Assembly: GCA_035553995.1 (NCBI GenBank)
Contig: DATMJE010000060.1
Coordinates: forward strand, 6,373 to 70,372
Reading direction: 5' to 3'
Length of the DNA stretch: 64,000 nucleotides
DNA from: Usitatibacter sp.
GTDB lineage: Bacteria; Pseudomonadota; Gammaproteobacteria; Burkholderiales; Usitatibacteraceae
Position 1 is the stretch's first letter. Each line of letters begins with the position of its first letter. Below, one piece after another: positions 7,668 to 15,803 of this stretch. A program made the translations under genes and the position numbers. The notes beneath the pieces are model-generated. The model saw only the letters and a program-made list of their open reading frames with translations, was not told the origin of the DNA and searched no databases.

Positions 7668-10418
7668 ATGGCCAAGAGCCTCCTGGCTGAATATGCCGCG
7701 CGCCGCAGCTTCGCGGCGACACCCGAGCCCGCCGCCACGGCGCCGAAGCGCCGCACGGGACCGCTGCTGTTCGTGATCCAGCAGCATGCGGCGAGCCACA
7801 TGCACTACGACCTGCGCCTCGAATGCGACGGCGTGCTGAAATCGTGGGCGGTGCCCAGGGGCCCGTCGCTCGATCCTAGCGAAAAGCGGCTCGCCATGCA
7901 GACCGAGGACCATCCCTACGAGTACGCCTCCTTCGAGGGCGTGATACCGCCGGGGCAGTATGGCGCGGGCGAGGTGATCGTGTGGGACTGCGGCGTCTAC
8001 TCGCCGGACGAAGGCGGCACCGCGTACGACGATCGCGGCGAGGCCGAGCGCCGCGTGGCGCGCGAGCTCGAGGCGGGCAAGCTTTCGTTCGAGCTCCGCG
8101 GCGAGAAAGTGAAGGGATCGTTCGCGCTGGTGCGCACGAAGCAGCAGGGCCAGTGGCTGCTCATCAAGCACCGGGACCGCTTCGTGCAGCAAGCCGATAT
8201 CACCGCGCGCGACCGCTCCGTGCTGTGCGGGGCTTCGGTCGCCGAGATGAAGGCCGTGCCCGCGCAGGGAATCGATGCCGCGCGCCTGGTGCCCGCGGGC
8301 AAGCTGGTCGCGATGCCGGCGAAGCTCGAGCCGATGCATGCCGAATCGGCCCCGGCCCCGTTCAACCGGCACGGCTGGATGTGGGAGCCGAAGCTCGACG
8401 GCTATCGCGTCCTGGCGTTCATCGATGCGGGACGCGCGAGCCTGCGTTCGCGTCGCGGGCTGGAGATGGCCGGCGACTATCCGCGGCTCGCGGCCGAGCT
8501 CGCGAAGCAGGGCGCGCGCATGATCCTCGACGGGGAGCTGGTGGCCTTCGGGGCGGACGGACGTCCCTCCTTCAACGCGCTGCAGAACGCCGGGGCCGGC
8601 ACGCTGGCGGCCCTCGTGTGCTTCGACCTGCTCTACTTCGCCGGCGTGGACCTGCGCGCCGCGCCGTATGCGGACCGCCGCCGCTGGCTCGCGCAATGCC
8701 TCATGCCCGCACCGCTGGTGCAGCTCGTGCATGCGTCCGGGGACGGCGTGGCCTTGCACGAGGCCGCGCTCGCGAGCGGCTTCGAGGGCGTGATCGGCAA
8801 GCGCATCGACAGCGTGTACGAGTCGGGCAAGCGTTCGGCCGCGTGGCTGAAGGTGAAGCCTGCGACCACGGCCGAATTCGTGATCGGCGGCTACACGCGC
8901 GGCAAGGGCTCGCGTGCGACGCTGGGCTCGCTCATCGTGGGGTACTGGGACAAGGGCAAGCTGCGGTATGCCTCGCACGTGGGCTCCGGCCTCGACGAGC
9001 GCACGCTCGCGAAGCTGCGCAGCCAGCTCGAGGCGATCGCGTGCCCCGATTGTCCCTTCGCCGAGGAGCCCGAACGCAACGGCCCGCCCGTGTGGGTCAA
9101 GCCGCACGCTGTCGCGGAGGTGAGCTTCCATAGCTGGACGGAGGACGGGCGGCTGCGCGCGCCGGTGTTCGTGCGGCTGCGCGAGGATATCGAGCCGAAG
9201 ACGGTGAAGCGGGGAAATTGGGCCCCGGCCTCCGCCGGGGCGACGATGGAAAGCGCGGGCGCCAGGAAGGGAAAAGCCGGCAGTCGTCGCCCCGGCAGAG
9301 GCCGGGGCCCAATTCCCGGCGACGACGTCATCGCCGCGATCGTCGCCCAGCTCGAGGCGAAGAAGTCCTCCATGCCCCTCGTGGTGGGCACGCACACCAT
9401 CCCGCTCAGCAACCTCGATCGCGTCTACTGGCCCGCGAACCCGGGCTTGAGGGAACGTGCGCTCACGAAGCGCGACCTGCTGCGCTATCTCGCCGAGATC
9501 TCGCCCTTCATGCTGCCGCACCTCGCCGACCGGCCCCTCACGATGATCCGCATGCCGCAGGGCATCGGCGGCCAGCGCTTTTTCCAGAAGCACTGGGAGC
9601 AGGAGCGGCCGGAGTTCGTCGAGCGCATCACGGTGTTCTCCGGCCACCGGGACGAGAGCCACGAGTACCTGCTGTGCAACAACCTGCCCACGCTGCTGTG
9701 GCTCGCGCAAAGCGGCACGCTCGAGTTCCACGTGTGGCATTCGCGCGCGCGGCCGGCGCCGGATGCAGCATCGAAGGCGACCGATTACGCGACATCGCTC
9801 GAGTCGCTCGAGGCTTCGGTGCTCAACTACCCGGACTGGGTGGTGTTCGACATCGATCCGTACATCTACTCGGGCAAGGAGGCGCCGGGCGCCGAGCCGG
9901 AGCTCAACACCGTCGCATTCGAGAAGGGCAAGGAGGTCGCGTTCCGGCTGCGCGAGGTGCTGCATGGCCTGGGTCTCGATCCGATCGTGAAGACCTCGGG
10001 CAAGACCGGGCTGCACGTGTTCGTGCCGATCAGGCGCGCACTCGACTTCGATGCCGCGCGCCATGTCTCGGAGCTCGTCGGCCGCCACCTGGTCGCGGAA
10101 AACCCCAAGGACGTCACGGTCGAATGGAGCATCCCGAAACGTACCGGGAAGATCTTCATGGACTACAACATGAACGTGCGCGGCAAGACGCTCAACGTCG
10201 CCTACTCGCCGCGCGGCGAGCCGGGAGGACCGGTGTCGATGCCGCTCACGTGGGACGAGCTCGCGCGGGCGCATCCGCTCGATTTCCGCCTCACGAACGC
10301 GGCGCAGCGCGTGCGCGAGCTGGGCGACCGCTGGGCGAGCGCGTATGACGACAAGCAGGACCTGTTGGGCGCACTGCAGAAAGCCGGCAAGGCATGGGAC
10401 GCAGATGAACACAGATGA
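7668..10418 (+). CDS. ligD: DNA ligase D (3'-phosphoesterase - ATP-dependent ligase - primase/polymerase)
   Basis: 916 aa from ATG 7668. N-terminal PE domain (HYDLRLE, TEDHP), ligase adenylation motif EPKLDGYR, and C-terminal Pol domain (VVFDIDP, SGKTGLHVFVPI). PE-Lig-Pol order as in Pseudomonas-type LigD. Confidence 0.95.
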   Translation: MAKSLLAEYAARRSFAATPEPAATAPKRRTGPLLFVIQQHAASHMHYDLRLECDGVLKSWAVPRGPSLDPSEKRLAMQTEDHPYEYASFEGVIPPGQYGAGEVIVWDCGVYSPDEGGTAYDDRGEAERRVARELEAGKLSFELRGEKVKGSFALVRTKQQGQWLLIKHRDRFVQQADITARDRSVLCGASVAEMKAVPAQGIDAARLVPAGKLVAMPAKLEPMHAESAPAPFNRHGWMWEPKLDGYRVLAFIDAGRASLRSRRGLEMAGDYPRLAAELAKQGARMILDGELVAFGADGRPSFNALQNAGAGTLAALVCFDLLYFAGVDLRAAPYADRRRWLAQCLMPAPLVQLVHASGDGVALHEAALASGFEGVIGKRIDSVYESGKRSAAWLKVKPATTAEFVIGGYTRGKGSRATLGSLIVGYWDKGKLRYASHVGSGLDERTLAKLRSQLEAIACPDCPFAEEPERNGPPVWVKPHAVAEVSFHSWTEDGRLRAPVFVRLREDIEPKTVKRGNWAPASAGATMESAGARKGKAGSRRPGRGRGPIPGDDVIAAIVAQLEAKKSSMPLVVGTHTIPLSNLDRVYWPANPGLRERALTKRDLLRYLAEISPFMLPHLADRPLTMIRMPQGIGGQRFFQKHWEQERPEFVERITVFSGHRDESHEYLLCNNLPTLLWLAQSGTLEFHVWHSRARPAPDAASKATDYATSLESLEASVLNYPDWVVFDIDPYIYSGKEAPGAEPELNTVAFEKGKEVAFRLREVLHGLGLDPIVKTSGKTGLHVFVPIRRALDFDAARHVSELVGRHLVAENPKDVTVEWSIPKRTGKIFMDYNMNVRGKTLNVAYSPRGEPGGPVSMPLTWDELARAHPLDFRLTNAAQRVRELGDRWASAYDDKQDLLGALQKAGKAWDADEHR

Positions 10419-10514
10419 ACGCGGATAAGGGCATTCGGGTGAGCCGTGCTCATTGAACCTGCCCCGGCTTACATCGACTTCATTCATCTGTGTTCATCTG
10501 TGTTCATCTGCGTC
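10398..10514. repeat. 117-bp inverted-repeat (MITE/REP-like) element made of 10-bp CAGATGAACA units
   Basis: Left arm GACGCAGATGAACACAGATGAAC (10398-10420). The right arm (10481-10514) is its reverse complement with one extra unit. The spacer is ~60 bp. The element overlaps the 3' ends of both convergent genes. Confidence 0.8.
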
Positions 10515-11711
10515 GAGTGCTTTTCCTCCCCTGCGCGCCACGGGCTCGAACTCGATCGGCAGGCTGGACGGTCCATGCAGGTGCAGCGCCGCGCGCGGCT
10601 TCCACGGCTGCCTCGAGGCCGCGCGAAGCCCGTGAAGGCGTCCGAGGACATCCTCCAGCGCCACCCGCGCCTGCAGCCGCGCGAGCGCCGCACCGATGCA
10701 GAAGTGGATGCCGTGCCCGAAGGCGAGATGGTCGTTCGGCGTGCGCGCGATGTCGAAGCGATCGGGCGATTCGAAGGCCGCCGCGTCGCGGTTGGCCGAG
10801 CCGATCACCGGCAACACCAGCCGATTCGCGGGAATGAGCGTGCGATGCAGCCGCACCGCGCACGTGGTCTGCCGGAAGACCATCTGCGCCGGCGAGCGGA
10901 AGCGCAGCACCTCTTCGATCGCGGAGGCGAGGAGCGTCGGCGCCTGCCGCAGCCGCGCGAGCTGGTCCGGATGATCGAGGAGGCACACCACCGCGCTCGC
11001 GATGAGGCTCGCGGCCGTCTCGGTGCCCGCCGACAGCAGCAGCTCGAAGAAGCCGAGCAGCTCATCGACCGAAAGGCGGGCGCCGTCGATCTCCGCGCGG
11101 GACATGCGCGTGAGCATGCCCTGCTCCTGCCCGCGGCTGCCGGGCGCGAGCAGCGGCTCGAGGTACTCGCGCATCTCGCGCCGCGCCTCGGCATGCGAGC
11201 GGGCCGCCGCCTGCGCGCGTTCTCCGCCCGCGAGCACCTGGCTCAGGTTCGCGATCGCGTCGCTCCAGCGCTGCAGCCGCGGCAGTTCCAGGAGCGGCAT
11301 GCCGAGCAGCTCGGCGACGACCAGGGTGGGCAGCAACGCGGCGTAATCGGAGAAGAGATCCATCCGCCCGCGCGGCAGGCTTTCGTCGAGGATGCGCGCC
11401 GACAGCGTGCGCACGCGCGGCTCGAACGCCGCGAGCCATCCCCGCGGAAAGGCCTTCATCGCCATCGCGCGCAGCCGCGTATGCCGCGGCGGATCCATGA
11501 ACAGCAGCCACTCGGGCGCGCGTCCGCCGGGCGGCGCCGCGGCGGAGCTGAAGGCGTCCGTGTCGGTGAGCGCGCGCCGTACGTCCGCGTGATCGAAGAG
11601 CAGGTAGAAGTCCCGCCCGGGCACGTGCACGACCGGCGTGAAGCGCCGCAGCTGCGCGTACAGGGGGAAAGGATTGCGGCGCAAGGCGTCCCGGAGCAGG
11701 GCGGGGATCAT
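10494..11711 (-). CDS. cytochrome P450
   Basis: 405 aa from MIPALL. Heme-thiolate loop FGHGIHFCIGAALAR, EEVLRFRSP (ExxR) and AGTETAAS I-helix motifs. The ATG overlaps the tetR stop (ATGA at 11708-11711). Confidence 0.9.
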   Translation of the reverse strand: MIPALLRDALRRNPFPLYAQLRRFTPVVHVPGRDFYLLFDHADVRRALTDTDAFSSAAAPPGGRAPEWLLFMDPPRHTRLRAMAMKAFPRGWLAAFEPRVRTLSARILDESLPRGRMDLFSDYAALLPTLVVAELLGMPLLELPRLQRWSDAIANLSQVLAGGERAQAAARSHAEARREMREYLEPLLAPGSRGQEQGMLTRMSRAEIDGARLSVDELLGFFELLLSAGTETAASLIASAVVCLLDHPDQLARLRQAPTLLASAIEEVLRFRSPAQMVFRQTTCAVRLHRTLIPANRLVLPVIGSANRDAAAFESPDRFDIARTPNDHLAFGHGIHFCIGAALARLQARVALEDVLGRLHGLRAASRQPWKPRAALHLHGPSSLPIEFEPVARRGGKALDADEHR

Positions 11712-12310
11712 GCAGGCGCTCCGAACCCGCGCAGCGCCGCGTCGACCAGCGCGCGCGCCAGGCGATCGTCGATGGGGCGCCCGGTGACCAGCGCCCGGTT
11801 GGAGAAGCAGCCGCCGAGGAGATCGATGGCGAGATCGATATCGATGCCGCGCCGCAGGTCGCCGCGTGCGATGCCGTTCTCGATCACGCGCCGGACCGTA
11901 TCGCTCCACGCGGCCACGAATCCGTTACGGACCGCGCGCGCGATGACGGGGCTGCGCGCCATGGCGGCCACCAGCCCGGACAGCAATCCGAGCGTTGCCG
12001 GATCCGCATAGAGCCTCACCGTATCGCGCATCACCGCGAGGAGGTCCCTGCGCGTCGAGCCGGTCGAGGGAACGGGAATCCGCGCCACGATGAGCCCGAC
12101 CGCTTCCGAGACGAGCGCTTCCCGGCTCTTCCATCGGCGGTACAGCGTGGCCTTGCCCGTGCCCGCGCGAGCGGCGACCGCCTCCATGGTGAGCGCGTCG
12201 TAGCCGACTTCCCGCACCAGCGCCACGGCGGCCGCGAGGATGGCGGCATGGGCCTCGCCGCTGCGGGGCCGGCCGCGCGGCGGCGGGATTTCGAGACGGT
12301 TGCGTTTCAT
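11708..12310 (-). CDS. TetR/AcrR family transcriptional regulator
   Basis: 200 aa. N-terminal HTH ...VGYDALTMEAVAARAGTGKATLYRRW... Operonic with the P450 gene. Confidence 0.9.
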   Translation of the reverse strand: MKRNRLEIPPPRGRPRSGEAHAAILAAAVALVREVGYDALTMEAVAARAGTGKATLYRRWKSREALVSEAVGLIVARIPVPSTGSTRRDLLAVMRDTVRLYADPATLGLLSGLVAAMARSPVIARAVRNGFVAAWSDTVRRVIENGIARGDLRRGIDIDLAIDLLGGCFSNRALVTGRPIDDRLARALVDAALRGFGAPA

Positions 12311-12331
12311 AATTCGCGCACCTTACGCCGG

Positions 12332-12358
12332 CGTTATACGAAACGCAAGCGTTTCGTA
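12332..12358. promoter_or_regulatory. candidate TetR operator overlapping the tetR-P450 promoter
   Basis: Perfect inverted repeat TACGAAACGC-AA-GCGTTTCGTA at 12337-12358, 27 bp upstream of the tetR start. On the minus strand it spans a TTACGA ... TATAAC promoter-like pair. Confidence 0.5.
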
Positions 12359-12394
12359 ATTCGCCGCCGCGAAGGCTGCCAACGTACGTGAAAT

Positions 12395-12423
12395 TTGCTC
12401 TCCAAGTGCTTCATCCTTATGAT
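12395..12423 (+). promoter_or_regulatory. candidate sigma70-type promoter for ku
   Basis: TTGCTC (12395-12400), a 17-nt spacer, then TATGAT (12418-12423). A GAGGG ribosome-binding site lies ~8 nt before ATG 12457. Confidence 0.4.
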
Positions 12424-12456
12424 GTGCGGTCCGACAGGCATCGAGGGCACCCACCC

Positions 12457-13377
12457 ATGGCTGCACGCTCCATCGCTTCGTTGACCATCTCCTTCGGGCT
12501 CGTGTCGATCCCGGTGAAGCTCTTTTCCGCGACCGAATCGAGCAAGGCGATCTCGTTCAACATGCTGCACAAGGGATGCGGCTCGCGCCTGAAGCAGCAG
12601 TACCTGTGCGTGAAGGAAGAGATCCCCGTCGCGCGGGAGGACATGGTGAAGGGCTACGAATTCGCCAAGGACCAGTACGTGCTCTTCTCGCCCGAGGAGC
12701 TGAAGGCGCTCGAGGAGACGGGCACCGGCATGGCGGAGATCACGGAGTTCGTGCCGCTGGAATCGATCGACCCGGTCTATTTCGACAAGGCTTACTACCT
12801 CGGCCCGGACAAGGGCGGCGCCAAGCCCTATGCCCTGCTCACGAAGGCGCTGCGCGAAAGCGGGCGTTGTGCGCTGGGACGCTGGGCCGCGCGCGGCAAG
12901 CAGTACATCGTGATGCTGCGGCCGGTGGAAGAGGGGCTCGTCATGCAGCAGCTCCTCTACGCGGGCGAGGTGCGCTCCATACGCGACATCGAGATTCCGC
13001 CGACCGAAGTGAAGGACGTCGAGCTCAAGCTCGCGAAGCAGCTCATCGACGCGCAGACGAGCGAGACGTTCGATCCGGCGCAGTACAGGGACGAGGTCGC
13101 CGCGCGCATCGAGGCCGCGGTGCAGAGGAAGGTCGAGGGCCAGGAGATCACGCTGAGCGAGGCGCCGGAGACGAGCGCGCAGGTGATCGACCTGATGGAA
13201 GCGTTGCGCGCGAGCCTCGAGAAGAAGCCGGCCGCCAGGAAGCCGGCGGCGGCGACGCAGGCGGCCGCTCCCGCAAAGGCCGCAGCCCCATCGCCGGCCC
13301 CGGCACGCAAGCCGCCCAAGCGCGTCGAGCCCGCGGAGCCCGCCACGACTGCGCGCAAGCGCGCCGCGAAGGGCTGA
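12457..13377 (+). CDS. ku: Ku protein (NHEJ DNA end-binding)
   Basis: SFGLVSIPVKLFSAT, YEFAKDQYV and DPVYFDKAYYLGPDKGG motifs, with a Lys/Ala/Pro-rich C-terminal tail. ATG 12457 is preferred over the track start at 12388 because homologues begin just before the ISFGLV strand. Confidence 0.95.
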   Translation: MAARSIASLTISFGLVSIPVKLFSATESSKAISFNMLHKGCGSRLKQQYLCVKEEIPVAREDMVKGYEFAKDQYVLFSPEELKALEETGTGMAEITEFVPLESIDPVYFDKAYYLGPDKGGAKPYALLTKALRESGRCALGRWAARGKQYIVMLRPVEEGLVMQQLLYAGEVRSIRDIEIPPTEVKDVELKLAKQLIDAQTSETFDPAQYRDEVAARIEAAVQRKVEGQEITLSEAPETSAQVIDLMEALRASLEKKPAARKPAAATQAAAPAKAAAPSPAPARKPPKRVEPAEPATTARKRAAKG

Positions 13378-13387
13378 TCGCCGCCCG

Positions 13388-14230
13388 GTGCCGCAGCAGG
13401 TCACGCATCCGTACGGCGTGGAGGAGGTCGAGCGCCTCCTGCGCCTGCCGCGCAGCACCATCCGTGCGTTCGTCGCGGCTGGTTTCGTGTCGCCCGCGCG
13501 TGGCGCGCGCAACAGCCAGCGATTTTCCTTCCAGGACCTGATCGTGCTTCGCACCGCGCAGGCGCTCGCCGATGCGAACGTGCCCAAGGGCCGCATCACG
13601 CGCTCGTTGAAGGAGCTGCGGCGGCACCTGCCGGCGTCGATGCCGCTGAAGGGGCTGCGCATCGGTGCGGTCGGCGACCACGTCGTGGTGAAGCAGGGAA
13701 GCGATCGCTGGGACGCGGCTTCCGGCCAGTACCTGCTGGGCTTCGAGGGCGATCCGGCCGAGGGTGCATTGAGCGTGAAGGCCGCCGCCCAGCCTCTCGC
13801 GCCGGTGGGCAACGAGGTTTCCGCGCCGGACCTCTTCAATATCGCGGTGTCGCTCGAATCGGCCGACCGCGACGCCGCGATCCAGGCTTACGAGCAGGCC
13901 ATCGCCGCCGATGCCTGCTTCCTCGACGCGCGCATCAACCTCGGGCGGCTCCTGCACGAGATGGGCCGGCATGCGCAGGCGGAGAAGGCGTACCGCGAGG
14001 CGCTCGATCGATGCGGCCCCGATGCCGTGCTGTTCTTCAACCTCGGCGTGCTGCTCGACGACCAGCAGCGCCTCGCCGACGCCAGGGCCGCCTACGAGGC
14101 CGCGCTCGCGCAGGACGCGACGATGGCGGACTGCCATTACAACCTCGCGCTGCTTTGCGAGCGGATGCGGCAGCAGAGCGCCGCGATCCGGCACATGTCG
14201 CGCTATCGCACGCTCACCCGGTCGCGCTGA
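13388..14230 (+). CDS. MerR-type HTH domain protein fused to TPR repeats
   Basis: 280 aa with GTG start, 10 nt after the ku stop. The N-terminal segment YGVEEVERLLRLPRSTIRAFVAAGFVSPARG..RFSFQDLIVLR resembles a MerR-type HTH. The C-terminal ~130 aa form about three TPR units (AIQAYEQAIAAD..., AEKAYREAL..., ARAAYEAALAQD...). Confidence 0.7.
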   Translation: MPQQVTHPYGVEEVERLLRLPRSTIRAFVAAGFVSPARGARNSQRFSFQDLIVLRTAQALADANVPKGRITRSLKELRRHLPASMPLKGLRIGAVGDHVVVKQGSDRWDAASGQYLLGFEGDPAEGALSVKAAAQPLAPVGNEVSAPDLFNIAVSLESADRDAAIQAYEQAIAADACFLDARINLGRLLHEMGRHAQAEKAYREALDRCGPDAVLFFNLGVLLDDQQRLADARAAYEAALAQDATMADCHYNLALLCERMRQQSAAIRHMSRYRTLTRSR

Positions 14231-14239
14231 GCTCGAGGA

Positions 14240-15454
14240 TCAGCGCTTCGGTTCCGATGCGAGGCTCGCCGCTGCGCGCGCGACTCCATCCCGTCCGAAG
14301 GGAATGCCCTGCGCGAGCATCGCCGCTTCGACGCCGGCGAGGCATCCGAGGATCATGGCGCTGTTGAGATCGCCCAGGTGGCCGATGCGGAACGCCTTCC
14401 CGTGGAACGGCCCCAACCCGCCCGCGAAAGCCACCTGGAAGCGCTCGCGGGCGACGGCGCGGAGCGCCTCCGCATCGATGCCCTCGCGGACCTCGATGGT
14501 GGTGACGGAGGCGGACCGCGCGGCGGGCACGCGGCAATGCAGCGAGAGCGCGCCCTCAGTGGCCCAGCACTCCACCGCGGCATGCACCGCGCGCGCAAGC
14601 GACGCATGCCGCGCGACGATGTTGTCGATGCCTTCGCGTTCGATCAACGCCAGCGCCGCTTCCACTCCATAGAGAAGGTTCTGTGGGGGCGTACCGCAGA
14701 ACTTCTGGTAGCTGAACGACCCGCGGCGGCGATTCCAGTCCCAGTAGTAGCGCGGCGCCGTATTGCGCGCGGCGGCGGCAGCGGCGCGCGGGCCCACGGC
14801 CACGAAACCCATGCCCGGCGGCGACATGAGGCCCTTCTGGGTCGCGCCAACGGCGACATCGGCACCGAGCGCGTCCATCGCGAACGGAATCGCGGCGAGC
14901 GAGGCGATGACGTCCACCACGAGCAGCGCCGGGTGGCCCGCCGCGGCGATGGCCGAGCGGATCGCGGCGACGTCGTGGGTGATGCCGCTCGCCGTATCGG
15001 TATGCACGATGAAGACCGCGGCGATCGCGCGCCGGGTGTCGGCGCGCAGCATCTCCTCGACGGTTGCCGGATCGATCGGATAACCGGGTCTATAAGGCGT
15101 GCGCATTGCGCGGCGGCCGGTCGCTTCCAGCAGCAGCGCCCACTGCTCGGAAAAATGGCCGGTCGCGGGAATGAGCGCGGTATCTCCGGGTGCCAGCAGG
15201 TTATCGCTCACCGCCTCCCAGACGCCGTGGCCGTTGGCGGCGTAGAAGAAGAGCTCGCCCTCCGCGGTGCCGAGCAACCGCCGCAGACCCGCTTCGCAAT
15301 TCGCGATGGTCGCATCGAGCCGCGGGTCCGCATGGTCCATGGGCTGGCGATGCATCGCATTGAGCACCTCGTCCGGAATGTGCGTCGGGCCGGGCGCGTG
15401 CAGGAAGCGCTCGCCGGGGATGCGCGGCGATGGGTTTTCGGGGGGGCGTGTCAT
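14240..15454 (-). CDS. class V PLP-dependent aminotransferase (serine--glyoxylate / alanine--glyoxylate type)
   Basis: 404 aa. PLP-lysine context VGATQKGLMSPPG and overall AGXT/SgaA-like layout. Confidence 0.85.
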   Translation of the reverse strand: MTRPPENPSPRIPGERFLHAPGPTHIPDEVLNAMHRQPMDHADPRLDATIANCEAGLRRLLGTAEGELFFYAANGHGVWEAVSDNLLAPGDTALIPATGHFSEQWALLLEATGRRAMRTPYRPGYPIDPATVEEMLRADTRRAIAAVFIVHTDTASGITHDVAAIRSAIAAAGHPALLVVDVIASLAAIPFAMDALGADVAVGATQKGLMSPPGMGFVAVGPRAAAAAARNTAPRYYWDWNRRRGSFSYQKFCGTPPQNLLYGVEAALALIEREGIDNIVARHASLARAVHAAVECWATEGALSLHCRVPAARSASVTTIEVREGIDAEALRAVARERFQVAFAGGLGPFHGKAFRIGHLGDLNSAMILGCLAGVEAAMLAQGIPFGRDGVARAAASLASEPKR

Positions 15455-15544
15455 GGGCGAGCGGGGCAGGGACGGCCACGCAATTTAGCATGCGACGGAT
15501 GGCGCTTCGCATGCCGCGGGCCTGCGTGCACTGCGGCAATAGCC

Positions 15545-15790
15545 TCAGCGCGAATGCCCGCGAAGCGCCGCTTCTCCCGCGCGCGTCAGGACGACCACGT
15601 CCTCGCGGCCACCGGCGCAGTCGACGAGCCCGGCCTCGAGCGCATCCTCCCAGATGGTGTGGCGCGGGCAGTGGCTGTGCCACACCTCGAGCGTTTCCGC
15701 ATAAGTGTGGCGGCCGCCGGCGACCCACTCGAGCAACTGGCGCGTGAGCGCGGCATTCTGCGATGCGAGCTGGCTGTACGTATCGGGCAT
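15545..15790 (-). CDS. hypothetical protein (81 aa), co-oriented 13 nt downstream of the histidine kinase
   Basis: ATG-initiated ORF with genome-typical codon bias. No family recognised. Confidence 0.5.
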   Translation of the reverse strand: MPDTYSQLASQNAALTRQLLEWVAGGRHTYAETLEVWHSHCPRHTIWEDALEAGLVDCAGGREDVVVLTRAGEAALRGHSR

Positions 15791-15803
15791 GGCGGAGGTT
15801 ACT

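Noticed and set aside
7659-10487. Upstream ~940 aa of the 1180-aa minus-strand ORF 6945..10487
   Set aside because: It is antisense to ligD and low complexity. Only the last 237 aa (6945-7658) form the recognisable DUF72 protein, which has its own ATG and SD.
12388-12456. Upstream start (12388) giving Ku a 23-aa N-terminal extension MKFALQVLHPYDVRSDRHRGHPP
   Set aside because: The extension overlaps the predicted ku promoter -10 (12418-12423) and has no counterpart in Ku proteins as I know them. ATG 12457 has a GAGGG ribosome-binding site.
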